Below are positions 17,781-29,586 of a stretch of DNA of 64,000 bases, piece by piece. Source of the stretch: an uncultured Anaerolineaceae bacterium (GTDB taxonomy: Bacteria; Chloroflexota; Anaerolineae; Anaerolineales; UBA11579); NCBI GenBank assembly GCA_964371335.1, contig CAYJMC010000003.1, positions 41,962 to 105,961 on the forward strand, in the 5' to 3' direction. Within the stretch, counting starts at the first letter, position 1. Each line of letters opens with the position of its first letter. The position numbers were made by a program, and so were the translations under genes. Under the pieces are notes generated by a model that was not told the DNA's origin, searched no databases, and saw nothing but the letters and a program-made list of their open reading frames with translations.

Positions 17781-18401
17781 CTAACTGGCGGGGAAGAGAA
17801 AGTAGACGGTAACCGAGATGATTTCGCGAGTCATGAAATTGACGATGGCGCGAGTTGAATCGATGCGGCTGGTGGGGGTTGGCGAAGGATACGCGGTCAT
17901 TTGGAGATCGCCGGCTATGGACATGGCCCGGTACATATGGAGAGGATCGCTGACGATCAGGGCTGTCCTGAAATTCCGACTTTCCATCACTCGCAACGCC
18001 TCATATAAGTTCTCACGGGTGTCCGTTGAGTTGGTCTCGATAAAAATGGACGCCCGCGGAACGCCGTGTTCTACTGCATACTGCCGGGCGACCTCGGAAC
18101 CAGCCAACTGGTTTCCCGGGCCTACCCCGCCGGTAAAGATAATAGAGTTCACTATACCGCGCTCGTACAAATCGATGGCGTGATCGATGCGTTCTCGGAA
18201 TATTCCGGATGGTTGGCCATTGCGGACGCCCGCCCCAAGAACAATGACCACGTCCGCTGGGGTGGTTTCATCTATTTGCGCATACGCAACAATGGAATAG
18301 GCAACATAAACTGACCAGCTCAATAACAATATCATCAGGACCAGAAAGATCTTCCAGAAGCGAGATTTCTTCGGCGGAACCGGCAGGGGAGTTGTATTCA
18401 T
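17781..18401 (-). CDS. YdcF/DUF218 family membrane-anchored protein
   Basis: N-terminal TM helix, then VIVLGAGV...IIFTGG...TDTRENL, the DUF218 pattern. Confidence 0.7.
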   Translation of the reverse strand: MNTTPLPVPPKKSRFWKIFLVLMILLLSWSVYVAYSIVAYAQIDETTPADVVIVLGAGVRNGQPSGIFRERIDHAIDLYERGIVNSIIFTGGVGPGNQLAGSEVARQYAVEHGVPRASIFIETNSTDTRENLYEALRVMESRNFRTALIVSDPLHMYRAMSIAGDLQMTAYPSPTPTSRIDSTRAIVNFMTREIISVTVYFLFPAS

Positions 18402-18520
18402 CGATAACGTAAGTCCAAAATTCTATCGTCGCCAAGCAAAAATGTGGGCAGTAAGAATTGCATAGCCTGATTGGTCAGTACAGTAACAAGTACTTGGCAC
18501 CCCGTTAATAAGAAGGAAAG

Positions 18521-19477
18521 ATGACATTCGCCCATGGAATCCACCACATTACAGCTATCGGGTCCGACCCGCAACGGCTGGTTGATTTTTATACCGAAGT
18601 CCTTGGTTTGCGCCTGGTCAAGAAGACGGTGAACCAGGACGATGTCAGCGCCTATCACCTCTTCTTCGGCGACCGCACCGGTGAACCCGGAATGGACCTC
18701 ACCTTCTTCACCTTCCCGCACGCCGAAGCCGGCTCCCGGGGTCGCGGACAGGTGACCAGCATTTCGCTGGCCGTCCCGAAAGAGTCGCTTAATTTCTGGC
18801 TCGATCGTTTCGAGCAATTTGAAGTTCGAAACGAGGGCATTTCAAAGTTATTCGATTGGGAGCGGATCATCTTCTTTGATTTCGATGACCAACGCCTCGA
18901 ACTGGTCGGCGTACCCGCTGAAGAGTTATTCGTTTCCCCCCATTTTTGGACCACAAACGAGATTAGCGCCCAACAGGCCATTCGTCATTTCCATTCCGCA
19001 TTGATGACTGTAACCAACAAGGCTTCCGTTGAATCGATTCTGTCCGAGGTGCTCGGCTATCAGACGGTTCAGACCAATGCAAACATGACCCTCTTTCATC
19101 ATGACGGGCTACAACGCGCCGCTTATCTCCAGGTCGAAGAAGCGCCTTCGCAGGCCATGGGTTACAACGCGGTTGGCACCGTGCACCATATCGCCTTTGC
19201 GGCAGAGAATGAGGCGATCCAAGATGAGCTGCGTGACAGGGTGATCCAATTGGGCTTAAAACCCACACAGGTTGTTGATCGTTTCTATTTCAAGTCGGTG
19301 TACTTCCGTATCCCAGCTGGGATCCTTTTCGAAATCGCCACCATGGGGCCGGGCTTCACCGCCGATGAAAACGAAGCCGAACTCGGCCAAAAGGTCTCGC
19401 TGCCGCCTTTCCTCGAGGAATATCGCAGCCAGATCGAAACGAACCTTGCTCCTGTTTTTACCAAGAAAGTTAATTAG
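18521..19477 (+). CDS. VOC-family ring-cleaving dioxygenase (MhqA/MhqO-like)
   Basis: Two glyoxalase/VOC repeats (GIHHITAIGSD...FYTEVLGLRLVKKTVNQDD; TVHHIAFAAEN...YFKSVYFRIPAGILFEIAT). Confidence 0.75.
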   Translation: MTFAHGIHHITAIGSDPQRLVDFYTEVLGLRLVKKTVNQDDVSAYHLFFGDRTGEPGMDLTFFTFPHAEAGSRGRGQVTSISLAVPKESLNFWLDRFEQFEVRNEGISKLFDWERIIFFDFDDQRLELVGVPAEELFVSPHFWTTNEISAQQAIRHFHSALMTVTNKASVESILSEVLGYQTVQTNANMTLFHHDGLQRAAYLQVEEAPSQAMGYNAVGTVHHIAFAAENEAIQDELRDRVIQLGLKPTQVVDRFYFKSVYFRIPAGILFEIATMGPGFTADENEAELGQKVSLPPFLEEYRSQIETNLAPVFTKKVN

Positions 19478-19711
19478 TAACGGAGCGAACTCCTCGCTTC
19501 CGGCAGACGTGAATTCGGTATAGGCAGCATAGGGATTTCTCGTCGGGCAGCAATGCTAAAGGCGTTGCTTCGCTTCGCTCGCAATAACGGGAGGGGCCTT
19601 AGACCCTCCCCTACAAATAATAATCTGCTGGTTTTGAATCAGTGTTCATCAGTGTTCATCTGTGGTTTAGAAATCGACCATTGCGTATAATCTATCGACC
19701 ACGGAGCACTA

Positions 19712-22441
<2,730 letters not shown>

Positions 22442-22474
22442 CTCAAATTCACAAAATGCATATGCAAGTGCGGC

Positions 22475-22503
22475 TTGACAGCTCTTTCAAAGAGCGTTAT
22501 ATT
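22475..22503 (+). promoter_or_regulatory. sigma-70-type promoter with a palindrome in the spacer
   Basis: TTGACA (22475-22480), a 17-nt spacer, then TATATT (22498-22503). The spacer contains the palindrome gctctttcaaagagc (22481-22495). Confidence 0.5.
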
Positions 22504-22545
22504 TAGTCTTACCTAAATATTATCTTCTAGACAGGATTTTCACCA

Positions 22546-23457
22546 ATGTCGTCCACCAACACCGCAATCCTCACACAGAACCTGACCAAATTCTACGGCT
22601 CTTTCCAGGCCCTGCACGGCGTCGACCTCAGCGTACAGCGCGGCGAGATCTTCGGCTTCCTGGGTCCCAACGGCGCCGGCAAGACCACCACGATTCGCTG
22701 TCTGCTGGACCTCATCCACCGCGATGGCGGCGAGGTGACCGTGCTCGGCATCGACCCAGCTGCCGACCCGGTCGCCGTCCGCCGCCGGGTGGGCTACATG
22801 CCCGGCGAACTTCACCTCGATGAGAGCCTGACCTCGGAAGCTCTGCTGCGCTATTTCAATGAGCTGCGCCACTGGGCCGCCGATTGGGACAACGTGCGCC
22901 AACTCGCCAAGCGGTTGGACCTGGAACTCAAGCGCCCCATCCGCAACCTCTCGCATGGCAACAAACAAAAGGTCGGCATCGTCCAGGCTCTGATGCACAA
23001 ACCCGAACTCATCATCATGGACGAACCCACTCAGGGTCTCGACCCCATGATGCAGCAGGTTGTGCTCCACCTACTGAAAGAACTGCAAGCGTCAGGCAGT
23101 ACGGTCTTCTTCTCTTCGCACATCATGAACGAAGTGGAGAGCATCGCCCACCGCGTGGGCATAATCCGAGACGGGCGCATCATCGAAGTGGCTGACCCCA
23201 AGACGCTTGGCAAGCGCTCGCTGAATCGAGTGCGCATCCGCTTCCAGCAGCCGGTGGATGGCGGCCAGTTGGCAAAAGTCAGCGGCGTTACCCTGCTCTC
23301 GCAAGACAATGGCCATCTGGTTCACTTGCAGATCGAAGGGGAGATGGACCCGCTGATCAAGGCTCTGGCGAAAATGCCGGTCGGCGATTTCGAAACCGAA
23401 CGCCCCAGCTTGGAAGAAGCTTTCCTGGCTTACTACGACGAACCGGAGAAAAAATGA
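22546..23457 (+). CDS. ABC transporter ATP-binding protein (ABC-2 exporter type)
   Basis: Walker A GPNGAGKTT, signature LSHGNKQKV, Walker B IIMDEPTQGLD. Confidence 0.9.
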   Translation: MSSTNTAILTQNLTKFYGSFQALHGVDLSVQRGEIFGFLGPNGAGKTTTIRCLLDLIHRDGGEVTVLGIDPAADPVAVRRRVGYMPGELHLDESLTSEALLRYFNELRHWAADWDNVRQLAKRLDLELKRPIRNLSHGNKQKVGIVQALMHKPELIIMDEPTQGLDPMMQQVVLHLLKELQASGSTVFFSSHIMNEVESIAHRVGIIRDGRIIEVADPKTLGKRSLNRVRIRFQQPVDGGQLAKVSGVTLLSQDNGHLVHLQIEGEMDPLIKALAKMPVGDFETERPSLEEAFLAYYDEPEKK

Positions 23458-24308
23458 TCACTGTTTTCAAACACACCCTCTCAAGATCTCGCGGCGCCAT
23501 TCTGGGCTGGGGTCTGACCCTGGCAATCATCGCTATGATCTTCGTTCCTTTCTATGATTCCATCGCCGAAAATGCCGAGCAATTCCAGCAAATGATCGAG
23601 CTGTATCCCGAAGAGCTGATGGCCTTCTTTACGGGAGGGAGCTCCTTCAACTTCACCACCCCGGAAGGGTTTCTCTCTGTCGAATATTTCTCCTTTATGC
23701 CGCTGGTCATCGGCGTTTTCGCCATCCTGGCAGGCAGCGGCTTGCTGGCCGCGGACGAAGAACGCGGCGTGCTCGATCTGGTTGCCGCCCACCCGGTAAG
23801 CCGAACAGCATTGTTTTGGGGGCGACTGTGGTCATTAGTGGCCTCTTTGTTCGTCATCCTGGTTTTGGGTTATGCGGGGGTCATGATCGGCACCACCTAT
23901 TCCCTGATGGACCTCGATGCGGTGGAAACCATCATTCCATTTGCCTCGCTGTTTGCCTATCTTCTATTTTTCACAGGGCTTTCTTTGCTGCTCAGCATGT
24001 GGCTGCCCTCGCGAAGTTCTGCCAGTATGGTGGCGGGCATCGTGCTGGTCGCCAGTTTCCTCCTAGCCGGTCTCACTCAACTCAACGATACGCTGGCCGC
24101 CATCGAACCGTTCTTGCCAAACGTCTATTACCAGGGATTAGGTTGGACCGACGGGTTCAAATGGGATTGGTTCTTCATCCTTTCGGGATTCGGATTCTTG
24201 TTCATCTTGATGGCCTGGTGGGCATTCCTGCGCCGCGATATCCGCGTGGGCGGCGAAGGCAGCTTGAAGCTGCCTTGGTTCCGGCGCCCGCAAAAATCTC
24301 TGGCCTGA
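23454..24308 (+). CDS. ABC-2 type transporter permease
   Basis: Six predicted TM helices. Its start overlaps the ATPase stop by 4 nt. Confidence 0.7.
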   Translation: MITVFKHTLSRSRGAILGWGLTLAIIAMIFVPFYDSIAENAEQFQQMIELYPEELMAFFTGGSSFNFTTPEGFLSVEYFSFMPLVIGVFAILAGSGLLAADEERGVLDLVAAHPVSRTALFWGRLWSLVASLFVILVLGYAGVMIGTTYSLMDLDAVETIIPFASLFAYLLFFTGLSLLLSMWLPSRSSASMVAGIVLVASFLLAGLTQLNDTLAAIEPFLPNVYYQGLGWTDGFKWDWFFILSGFGFLFILMAWWAFLRRDIRVGGEGSLKLPWFRRPQKSLA

Positions 24309-24314
24309 ACTTTT

Positions 24315-24453
24315 TTTTGCCATTCTGAGCAGCCAGGATGCCAAGTGGCATCTTGGCGTCGCGAGGAATCCATCATTACGTGTATCTGAAAAGCGCGCTT
24401 GTAAGTAACGCAAAGTTAAGGATGGATGCTTCGTTCCACTCAGCATGGCAAAA
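24315..24453. repeat. Family B palindromic element
   Basis: Termini ttttgccattctgagcagcc ... ctcagcatggcaaaa. Inner arms gtcgcgaggaatccatc / gatggatgcttcg. It is homologous to 34696-34860. Confidence 0.75.
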
Positions 24454-24544
24454 TAAAACTGATTTGCTTAGAATTGATCTTATTCGACTATCCGACTAAT
24501 CAACTAACAGACATCTTTCAACATGCCCTTGTATACTACTCTGC

Positions 24545-24973
24545 ATGAAGATCCTCGCCATCGATCCCGGTGAAGTGCGCATCGGGCTGGCCATTAGCGA
24601 CCCGACCGGCACTATCGCCCGCCCTCTGCAAATCCTCATGCATGAAGCGCGCGATAAAGACGTGGATCGCATCGCCGCCATCGCTAAAGAGCAAGGCGCC
24701 GAGATGATCGTGGTCGGCCATTCGCTCACCGAGCACGGTCGCCCCACGCGCACAGGCCGCAAAGCCGCGCAGATCGCCACCGCGCTGCGCGGCACCACCG
24801 GCCTGGAGGTCGAACTTTTCGAGGAAAGTTTCACCACCCAAGATGTACGACTGGCTCGTTTAGAGAGCGGCATGAAAAAGAAGAAACGCCGCGCGCCCCT
24901 GGACGCGGAAGCCGCGGCAAGGATCTTGCAAGCGTACTTGGATGAAAGAAAGCAAGGTTACTTGATTAATTGA
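24545..24973 (+). CDS. ruvX: Holliday junction resolvase-like RuvX (YqgF)
   Basis: MKILAIDPGEVRIGLAISD start, 142 aa, typical of the YqgF family. Confidence 0.9.
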   Translation: MKILAIDPGEVRIGLAISDPTGTIARPLQILMHEARDKDVDRIAAIAKEQGAEMIVVGHSLTEHGRPTRTGRKAAQIATALRGTTGLEVELFEESFTTQDVRLARLESGMKKKKRRAPLDAEAAARILQAYLDERKQGYLIN

Positions 24974-24993
24974 TTAACCGATTAGCAGATTGG
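24962..24993. repeat. GATTAAY 8-nt periodic array
   Basis: ttgattaattgattaaccgattagcagattgg. It overlaps the ruvX stop codon and fills the spacer to mltG. Confidence 0.65.
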
Positions 24994-24999
24994 AATTGA

Positions 25000-26124
25000 A
25001 TGAGATCTAACTTTGGCTGCTTTCTTATCCTCGGCGTCCTAACTATTCTCGCCTTCGTCGCCTTCATCGGCGGCTCCGCCATGCTCGCCCGCGCCGAAGA
25101 CGCTTTCGGGCCACCATCGCCCGCGCTCAATACATTCCAACGCGTTCGTATTGGTCTCGAGCTCGGCTTCCGTGCCGATGCCTTGCTGCGCCCGGCAGAC
25201 CCCAACGCCGCTCCCGTTCGCTTCGATATTGGCCTGGATGAGCCCACCAGCCAGATCGTCTCACGCCTGTGGTTCGCCGACCTCATCCGCGAAGGGAATC
25301 TATTCAGCAATTACCTGATCTATACCGGTCTCGACACCCAGCTGCTAGCCGGTAGCTACGAACTCAGCGCGTCGATGAATTCAGTGGAGATCGCCACGGC
25401 CCTGCTCGACCCGACGCCCGAAAGCGTCACATTAGTCATCTTGCCCGGCTGGCGCCTGGAAGAGATCGCTGCCGCCCTGCCCAGCGCAGGCGTCCAGATA
25501 ACACCTGAAGAATTCCTGCTGGCAGCCTGGGACCCGCCTGCCGGCCTACTGCTGCCTGACGGGTTCCAGTCAGGCTCGAGCCTCGAGGGCTATTTGCGCC
25601 CGGGTAGTTATGAGATCGACCGCGAGGCAGATGTAATCGGATTGTTGAACGCCTTGCTGCTCACCTTCGATAGCACCGTGAGCGCGGAGGTGCGCGCCGG
25701 CTTTGAACAGCAGGGATTGACCTTGCACCAGGGTCTTACCCTGGCTTCCATCGTAGAGCGCGAAGCCGTCAACGAGGAGGAGATGCCTTTGATCGCCTCT
25801 GTTTTCCTCAATCGCCTGGATGCAGGCATTAGATTGGAAGCGGACCCCACGGTTCAATATGCGCTCGGCTATGACGAGGTTGGCAGCACCTGGTGGAAAA
25901 CGTCCCTCTCTTCGGCCGACCTCGCCGTCGGTTCGCAATACAACACCTACGAGATTGCCGGTCTTCCGCCAGGCCCCATCGCTGCCTCAACCACAATGGC
26001 GCAGGAAGCCGTTGCATTCCCGCAAACTTCGCCCTACTTTTTCTTCCAAGCCGCTTGCGATGGCTCCGGTCGCCACGTCTTCGCCGTCACCTACGAAGAG
26101 CATATTGCCAATAATTGTCCGTAA
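25000..26124 (+). CDS. mltG: endolytic murein transglycosylase MltG (YceG-like)
   Basis: N-terminal TM anchor and a YceG domain with LASIVEREA, FLNRL and LEADPTVQY. Confidence 0.9.
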   Translation: MRSNFGCFLILGVLTILAFVAFIGGSAMLARAEDAFGPPSPALNTFQRVRIGLELGFRADALLRPADPNAAPVRFDIGLDEPTSQIVSRLWFADLIREGNLFSNYLIYTGLDTQLLAGSYELSASMNSVEIATALLDPTPESVTLVILPGWRLEEIAAALPSAGVQITPEEFLLAAWDPPAGLLLPDGFQSGSSLEGYLRPGSYEIDREADVIGLLNALLLTFDSTVSAEVRAGFEQQGLTLHQGLTLASIVEREAVNEEEMPLIASVFLNRLDAGIRLEADPTVQYALGYDEVGSTWWKTSLSSADLAVGSQYNTYEIAGLPPGPIAASTTMAQEAVAFPQTSPYFFFQAACDGSGRHVFAVTYEEHIANNCP

Positions 26125-26218
26125 AACAATGTCCCGCGTTCTAGTAGGACGTAGGATATTTTTCGCGGTACACTACCGTTAGCAACAACGCCTCATCCCG
26201 ACTAGAGAAAGAGTAAGA

Positions 26219-27634
26219 ATGAGTCATCCCGGGCTTCCCGAGTCCGAATCCTTACGTGTCTATAACAACATCCTCGGCACCATTGGGCGCACTCCTCTAG
26301 TGCGCCTCAGCAAATTAGGTCGAGATCTTCCCTGCCCCCTGTACGCCAAGATCGAGTTCTTCAATCCCGGCGGTTCGGTCAAGGACCGCATCGGCGTCAA
26401 CATCATCGACGCCGCCGAGCGCGAAGGCCGCCTGAAGCCGGGCGGCACCGTGGTGGAAGCTACCTCGGGGAACACGGGCGTTGGGTTGGCTATCGTGGCA
26501 GCTATCCGCGGCTACAAGTGCATCTTCGTTATGCCCGACAAAATGAGCCAGGAAAAGATCCAGCTTCTGCGCGCTTTTGGCGGCAAAGTGGTCATCACTC
26601 CCACCGCCGTCGCCCCGGAGGACCCGCGCTCCTATTACCGCGTCGCCGAACGCATCGCCGCCGAGACGCCAAACGCCATCCTCGCCGACCAGTATCGCAA
26701 CCCGCAGAATCCCCTCAGCCATTATCAGACCACCGGCCCGGAGATCTGGGAGCAGACCGGCGGCAAGGTTACCGACGTGATCATCGGCATGGGCACCGGT
26801 GGTACTTACAGCGGCATTGGCAAATATCTAAAGGAAAAGAATCCCAATATCAAGATCGTCGGGATCGACGTGCAAGGTTCTATCCTGAAAGAAATCTGGG
26901 CGAACAAAGGCAAGGTACCGCCCGGTGTCGAAGCGATTACCTACAAAGTCGAAGGCATCGGTGAAGATTTCTTGCCAAAGACTTCAGACCTTTCGCAGGT
27001 GGATGAAATTGTACGCGTCAACGACAAAGAATCCTTCCACTGGACGCGGCGCCTGGTAGCTGAAGAAGGCATCTTCGCCGGCGGCTCTTCCGGCGCGGCT
27101 GTGGCCGGCGCGTTCAGCTACTGCAAAGGATTGTCCGCCGATCGTCTGGCCGTGGTGCTGCTGCCCGATTCCGGTTCTCGCTATCTCTCCAAAGTCTTCG
27201 ATGACAAGTGGATGCGCGAGAACGGTTTCCTGGAATCCGAATGGAGCGAAGCCACTCTGCGCGAAGTCCTTGGTTCCAAGAGTTTCAGCGAATTGATCTC
27301 GGCCTCCGCCAATGACCGCATCACGGATGTAGTTGCCAAGATGAAGGAGTACGGTATTTCGCAATTGCCTGCCATGAATGGCGGCACAGAGGTGATCGGT
27401 CTGGTGCGCGAAGGCGATCTGCTCACCCATTTGTTGGAGAGCAAAGCCGAGCGGCCAGGCGAAGACAGCATCCGCGGCCTGCTGCAGCCCGCGCCGCCCA
27501 GCCTGCCCGCCCACACCCCGCTGGCCGACGCCATGCCCGATCTAGTCAAGCACAACGCCGTACTGGTGAATGACGGCGGCCGCGTGGTCGGCATCCTCAC
27601 GAAAATTGATGTGCTTGATTTTATTCAAAGATAG
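26219..27634 (+). CDS. cystathionine beta-synthase-type PLP enzyme (CysK/CysM fold plus C-terminal CBS-domain pair)
   Basis: FFNPGGSVKDR with the PLP lysine, TSGNTGVGLA, GTGGT, then two CBS repeats (about residues 340-470). Confidence 0.85.
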   Translation: MSHPGLPESESLRVYNNILGTIGRTPLVRLSKLGRDLPCPLYAKIEFFNPGGSVKDRIGVNIIDAAEREGRLKPGGTVVEATSGNTGVGLAIVAAIRGYKCIFVMPDKMSQEKIQLLRAFGGKVVITPTAVAPEDPRSYYRVAERIAAETPNAILADQYRNPQNPLSHYQTTGPEIWEQTGGKVTDVIIGMGTGGTYSGIGKYLKEKNPNIKIVGIDVQGSILKEIWANKGKVPPGVEAITYKVEGIGEDFLPKTSDLSQVDEIVRVNDKESFHWTRRLVAEEGIFAGGSSGAAVAGAFSYCKGLSADRLAVVLLPDSGSRYLSKVFDDKWMRENGFLESEWSEATLREVLGSKSFSELISASANDRITDVVAKMKEYGISQLPAMNGGTEVIGLVREGDLLTHLLESKAERPGEDSIRGLLQPAPPSLPAHTPLADAMPDLVKHNAVLVNDGGRVVGILTKIDVLDFIQR

Positions 27635-27640
27635 CTTCTG

Positions 27641-28480
27641 ATGTCCGTCGATCTTCCGAATCTTCGCGTTCTGCCTACCGAGTCGCTGGTTCCCCATGAA
27701 TGGCACGATACGTCGCGCTCCGGGCCATTGGTCGAACGATTGCGCGCCAGCGGCGTCCTGCGCAACCCTCCCATCGTTACCCCGTTCGAGGACGGCAGCG
27801 ATCGTTACATGGTGCTCGACGGCGCCAACCGAAGCAGCGCCTTTAGGCAAATGGGGCTGCCGCATATCCTGGCGCAGGTGGTTAAAGCCGACGACCCAGG
27901 TCTTGAACTGCAAAAGTGGAACCACGTCCTGTGGAACTGGGACGCTCAGGCGCTGGTTGAATCTATCCGCAATCTGCCCGACATCTCATTTCGCGAGATC
28001 GATCCGGGTGTCAAACGTCCACAAAGCGAATGGCCGCCCAAAACGCTGGTTTGGCTGCAATTGCCGGACGAGTCCGCTTTTATCGCTCGTTTCGAAGACA
28101 CCGATCTGCGCGCCCGCGCAGGCCAATTGGCCAAGATCGCGCATCTCTACACCGGCAAAGCTCACCTGGACCGCACCACCGCACAGCGCATCAGCGAACT
28201 AAACGGCCAATACGACGGCTTGACGGCCATCGTGGTTTATCCACCTTTCAAAGTGCACGAGGTACTCGAGCTCTGTGAAGCCGGCATCCTGCTTCCGCCT
28301 GGGGTGACTCGTTTCCTGGTTTCCCCGCGCGCCCTGCGCGTCAACTATCCGTTGGATGAATTATCCTCAAACAAATCGCTGCTCGACAAAAACGGCGCGC
28401 TCGAACGCTGGGTGAATGAGCGCGTGGCCCGCAAGGGCATTCGCTATTACGCGGAAGCGACTGTATTGTTTGACGAATAA
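27641..28480 (+). CDS. ParB/Srx (sulfiredoxin)-fold domain protein of unknown function
   Basis: N-terminal LPTESLVPHEWHD...RNPPIV...YMVLDGANRSSAF resembles the ParB N-terminal/Srx DGxxR motif. The ATG lies 6 nt after the upstream stop. There is no HTH or ParB dimerisation region. Confidence 0.5.
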   Translation: MSVDLPNLRVLPTESLVPHEWHDTSRSGPLVERLRASGVLRNPPIVTPFEDGSDRYMVLDGANRSSAFRQMGLPHILAQVVKADDPGLELQKWNHVLWNWDAQALVESIRNLPDISFREIDPGVKRPQSEWPPKTLVWLQLPDESAFIARFEDTDLRARAGQLAKIAHLYTGKAHLDRTTAQRISELNGQYDGLTAIVVYPPFKVHEVLELCEAGILLPPGVTRFLVSPRALRVNYPLDELSSNKSLLDKNGALERWVNERVARKGIRYYAEATVLFDE

Positions 28481-28528
28481 AAGCCTCATCGGGTTCCCCA
28501 AAGTCTAGATAATATTTTTTCGGGATTC

Positions 28529-28915
28529 TCAGCGGATTCCGGTGTCGCAGAGCACTTTGACTTCGGTCATCGCCCCTGCTTCGACAGTCACCGGTTCATT
28601 GGTCGTGCAATAAGGCAACCCACCGGGGTTGGGTGAGCGAATAGCATAGGTCCCTATGGGCAAGCCCACCTCAAATTCGCCGTTCGCATCCGAAGAGAAT
28701 TCCCGGATGACGTTCGTCCCGTCTGGGCGGGTCACCACCAGGTCCGTCGCATAAGGCGTATCGGGACACGGGACGCCTTCTTGTACAACGGGGCAATTCG
28801 GCCCCAGCAGCACTACGCCTCGAATGCCTTGACCCTCCGGCACGGCATACCCGCAAGCCGCCAGAATCGAAAAGACGAATATGACTACAGCCAGAAACTT
28901 CCTATTCATTACCAA
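28529..28915 (-). CDS. small lipoprotein with carboxypeptidase-regulatory-like beta-sandwich
   Basis: Signal peptide with lipobox ILAAC, then GIRGVVLLGP...DANGEFEVGLPIGTYAI. The start is ambiguous between TTG 28915 and ATG 28909. Confidence 0.5.
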   Translation of the reverse strand: MVMNRKFLAVVIFVFSILAACGYAVPEGQGIRGVVLLGPNCPVVQEGVPCPDTPYATDLVVTRPDGTNVIREFSSDANGEFEVGLPIGTYAIRSPNPGGLPYCTTNEPVTVEAGAMTEVKVLCDTGIR

Positions 28916-28995
28916 ATCCCAAATCTAGAATAAACAACAAAAATCAGAAATTCCTTCCTTATTCTTCTCCTTTCTTTTCTTGACCTTCCTCCCTC

Positions 28996-29523
28996 CTATT
29001 TGCAGCTCCATACCCAATCTGCATTGTTCTTGGCCTTCAGCCCTTTTTCACCGGTGCGAAAAGCACCGCAAACAAAAGCTCTGTACTCGTAACGACCGGC
29101 ATGCACCGTATATTTATGATCACCAGTAATAATCGTCAGAAAATACGTTTTCGGACCGTGGAGGAGTAATTCAAATGTTCTCCCCGTCAGGTTGGTGATC
29201 ACCACTGTGCCAAACAAATCTTTTTCGCACTTTAAAACTTTGAGCGTGGCGCCGTGGCTCCCAACCTGAATGGTGCCCGAGACGGTACGACCACAACCCA
29301 AGTATCTATAGTCGTAATTGCCTGGTTCGACGCGCACCTTGGTGATCTGCCGTTGGATGGCGATGTCCAAATCCATGGGTCCACGCAGGATCAAGGTCGT
29401 TTTTGACTGACCCAGGTTGAGAATAGTCAAGGTAACCTCGCTGTAAGCCAGCGCAGGGGAAACTGTCGCCATCAATAGCACTGTGACCAGTGCGAACAAA
29501 ATAATGCGAGACCAGATTTTCAT
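28996..29523 (-). CDS. secreted protein of unknown function
   Basis: AGGAGG RBS, signal peptide ending PALAYS, a beta-rich sequence, and visibly lower GC. Confidence 0.55.
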   Translation of the reverse strand: MKIWSRIILFALVTVLLMATVSPALAYSEVTLTILNLGQSKTTLILRGPMDLDIAIQRQITKVRVEPGNYDYRYLGCGRTVSGTIQVGSHGATLKVLKCEKDLFGTVVITNLTGRTFELLLHGPKTYFLTIITGDHKYTVHAGRYEYRAFVCGAFRTGEKGLKAKNNADWVWSCK

Positions 29524-29586
29524 GTCTGCCTCCTGTTACTGCTGATTGGAATTATAGACCGCCCCGCCTGCCGCGCCCGTTTTAGA

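Noticed and set aside
19478-19711. T-box leader upstream of alaS
   Set aside because: There is no specifier-loop or T-box (AANNNGGUGGNACCGCG-like) sequence. The region contains a hairpin, a repeat fragment and a plain promoter.
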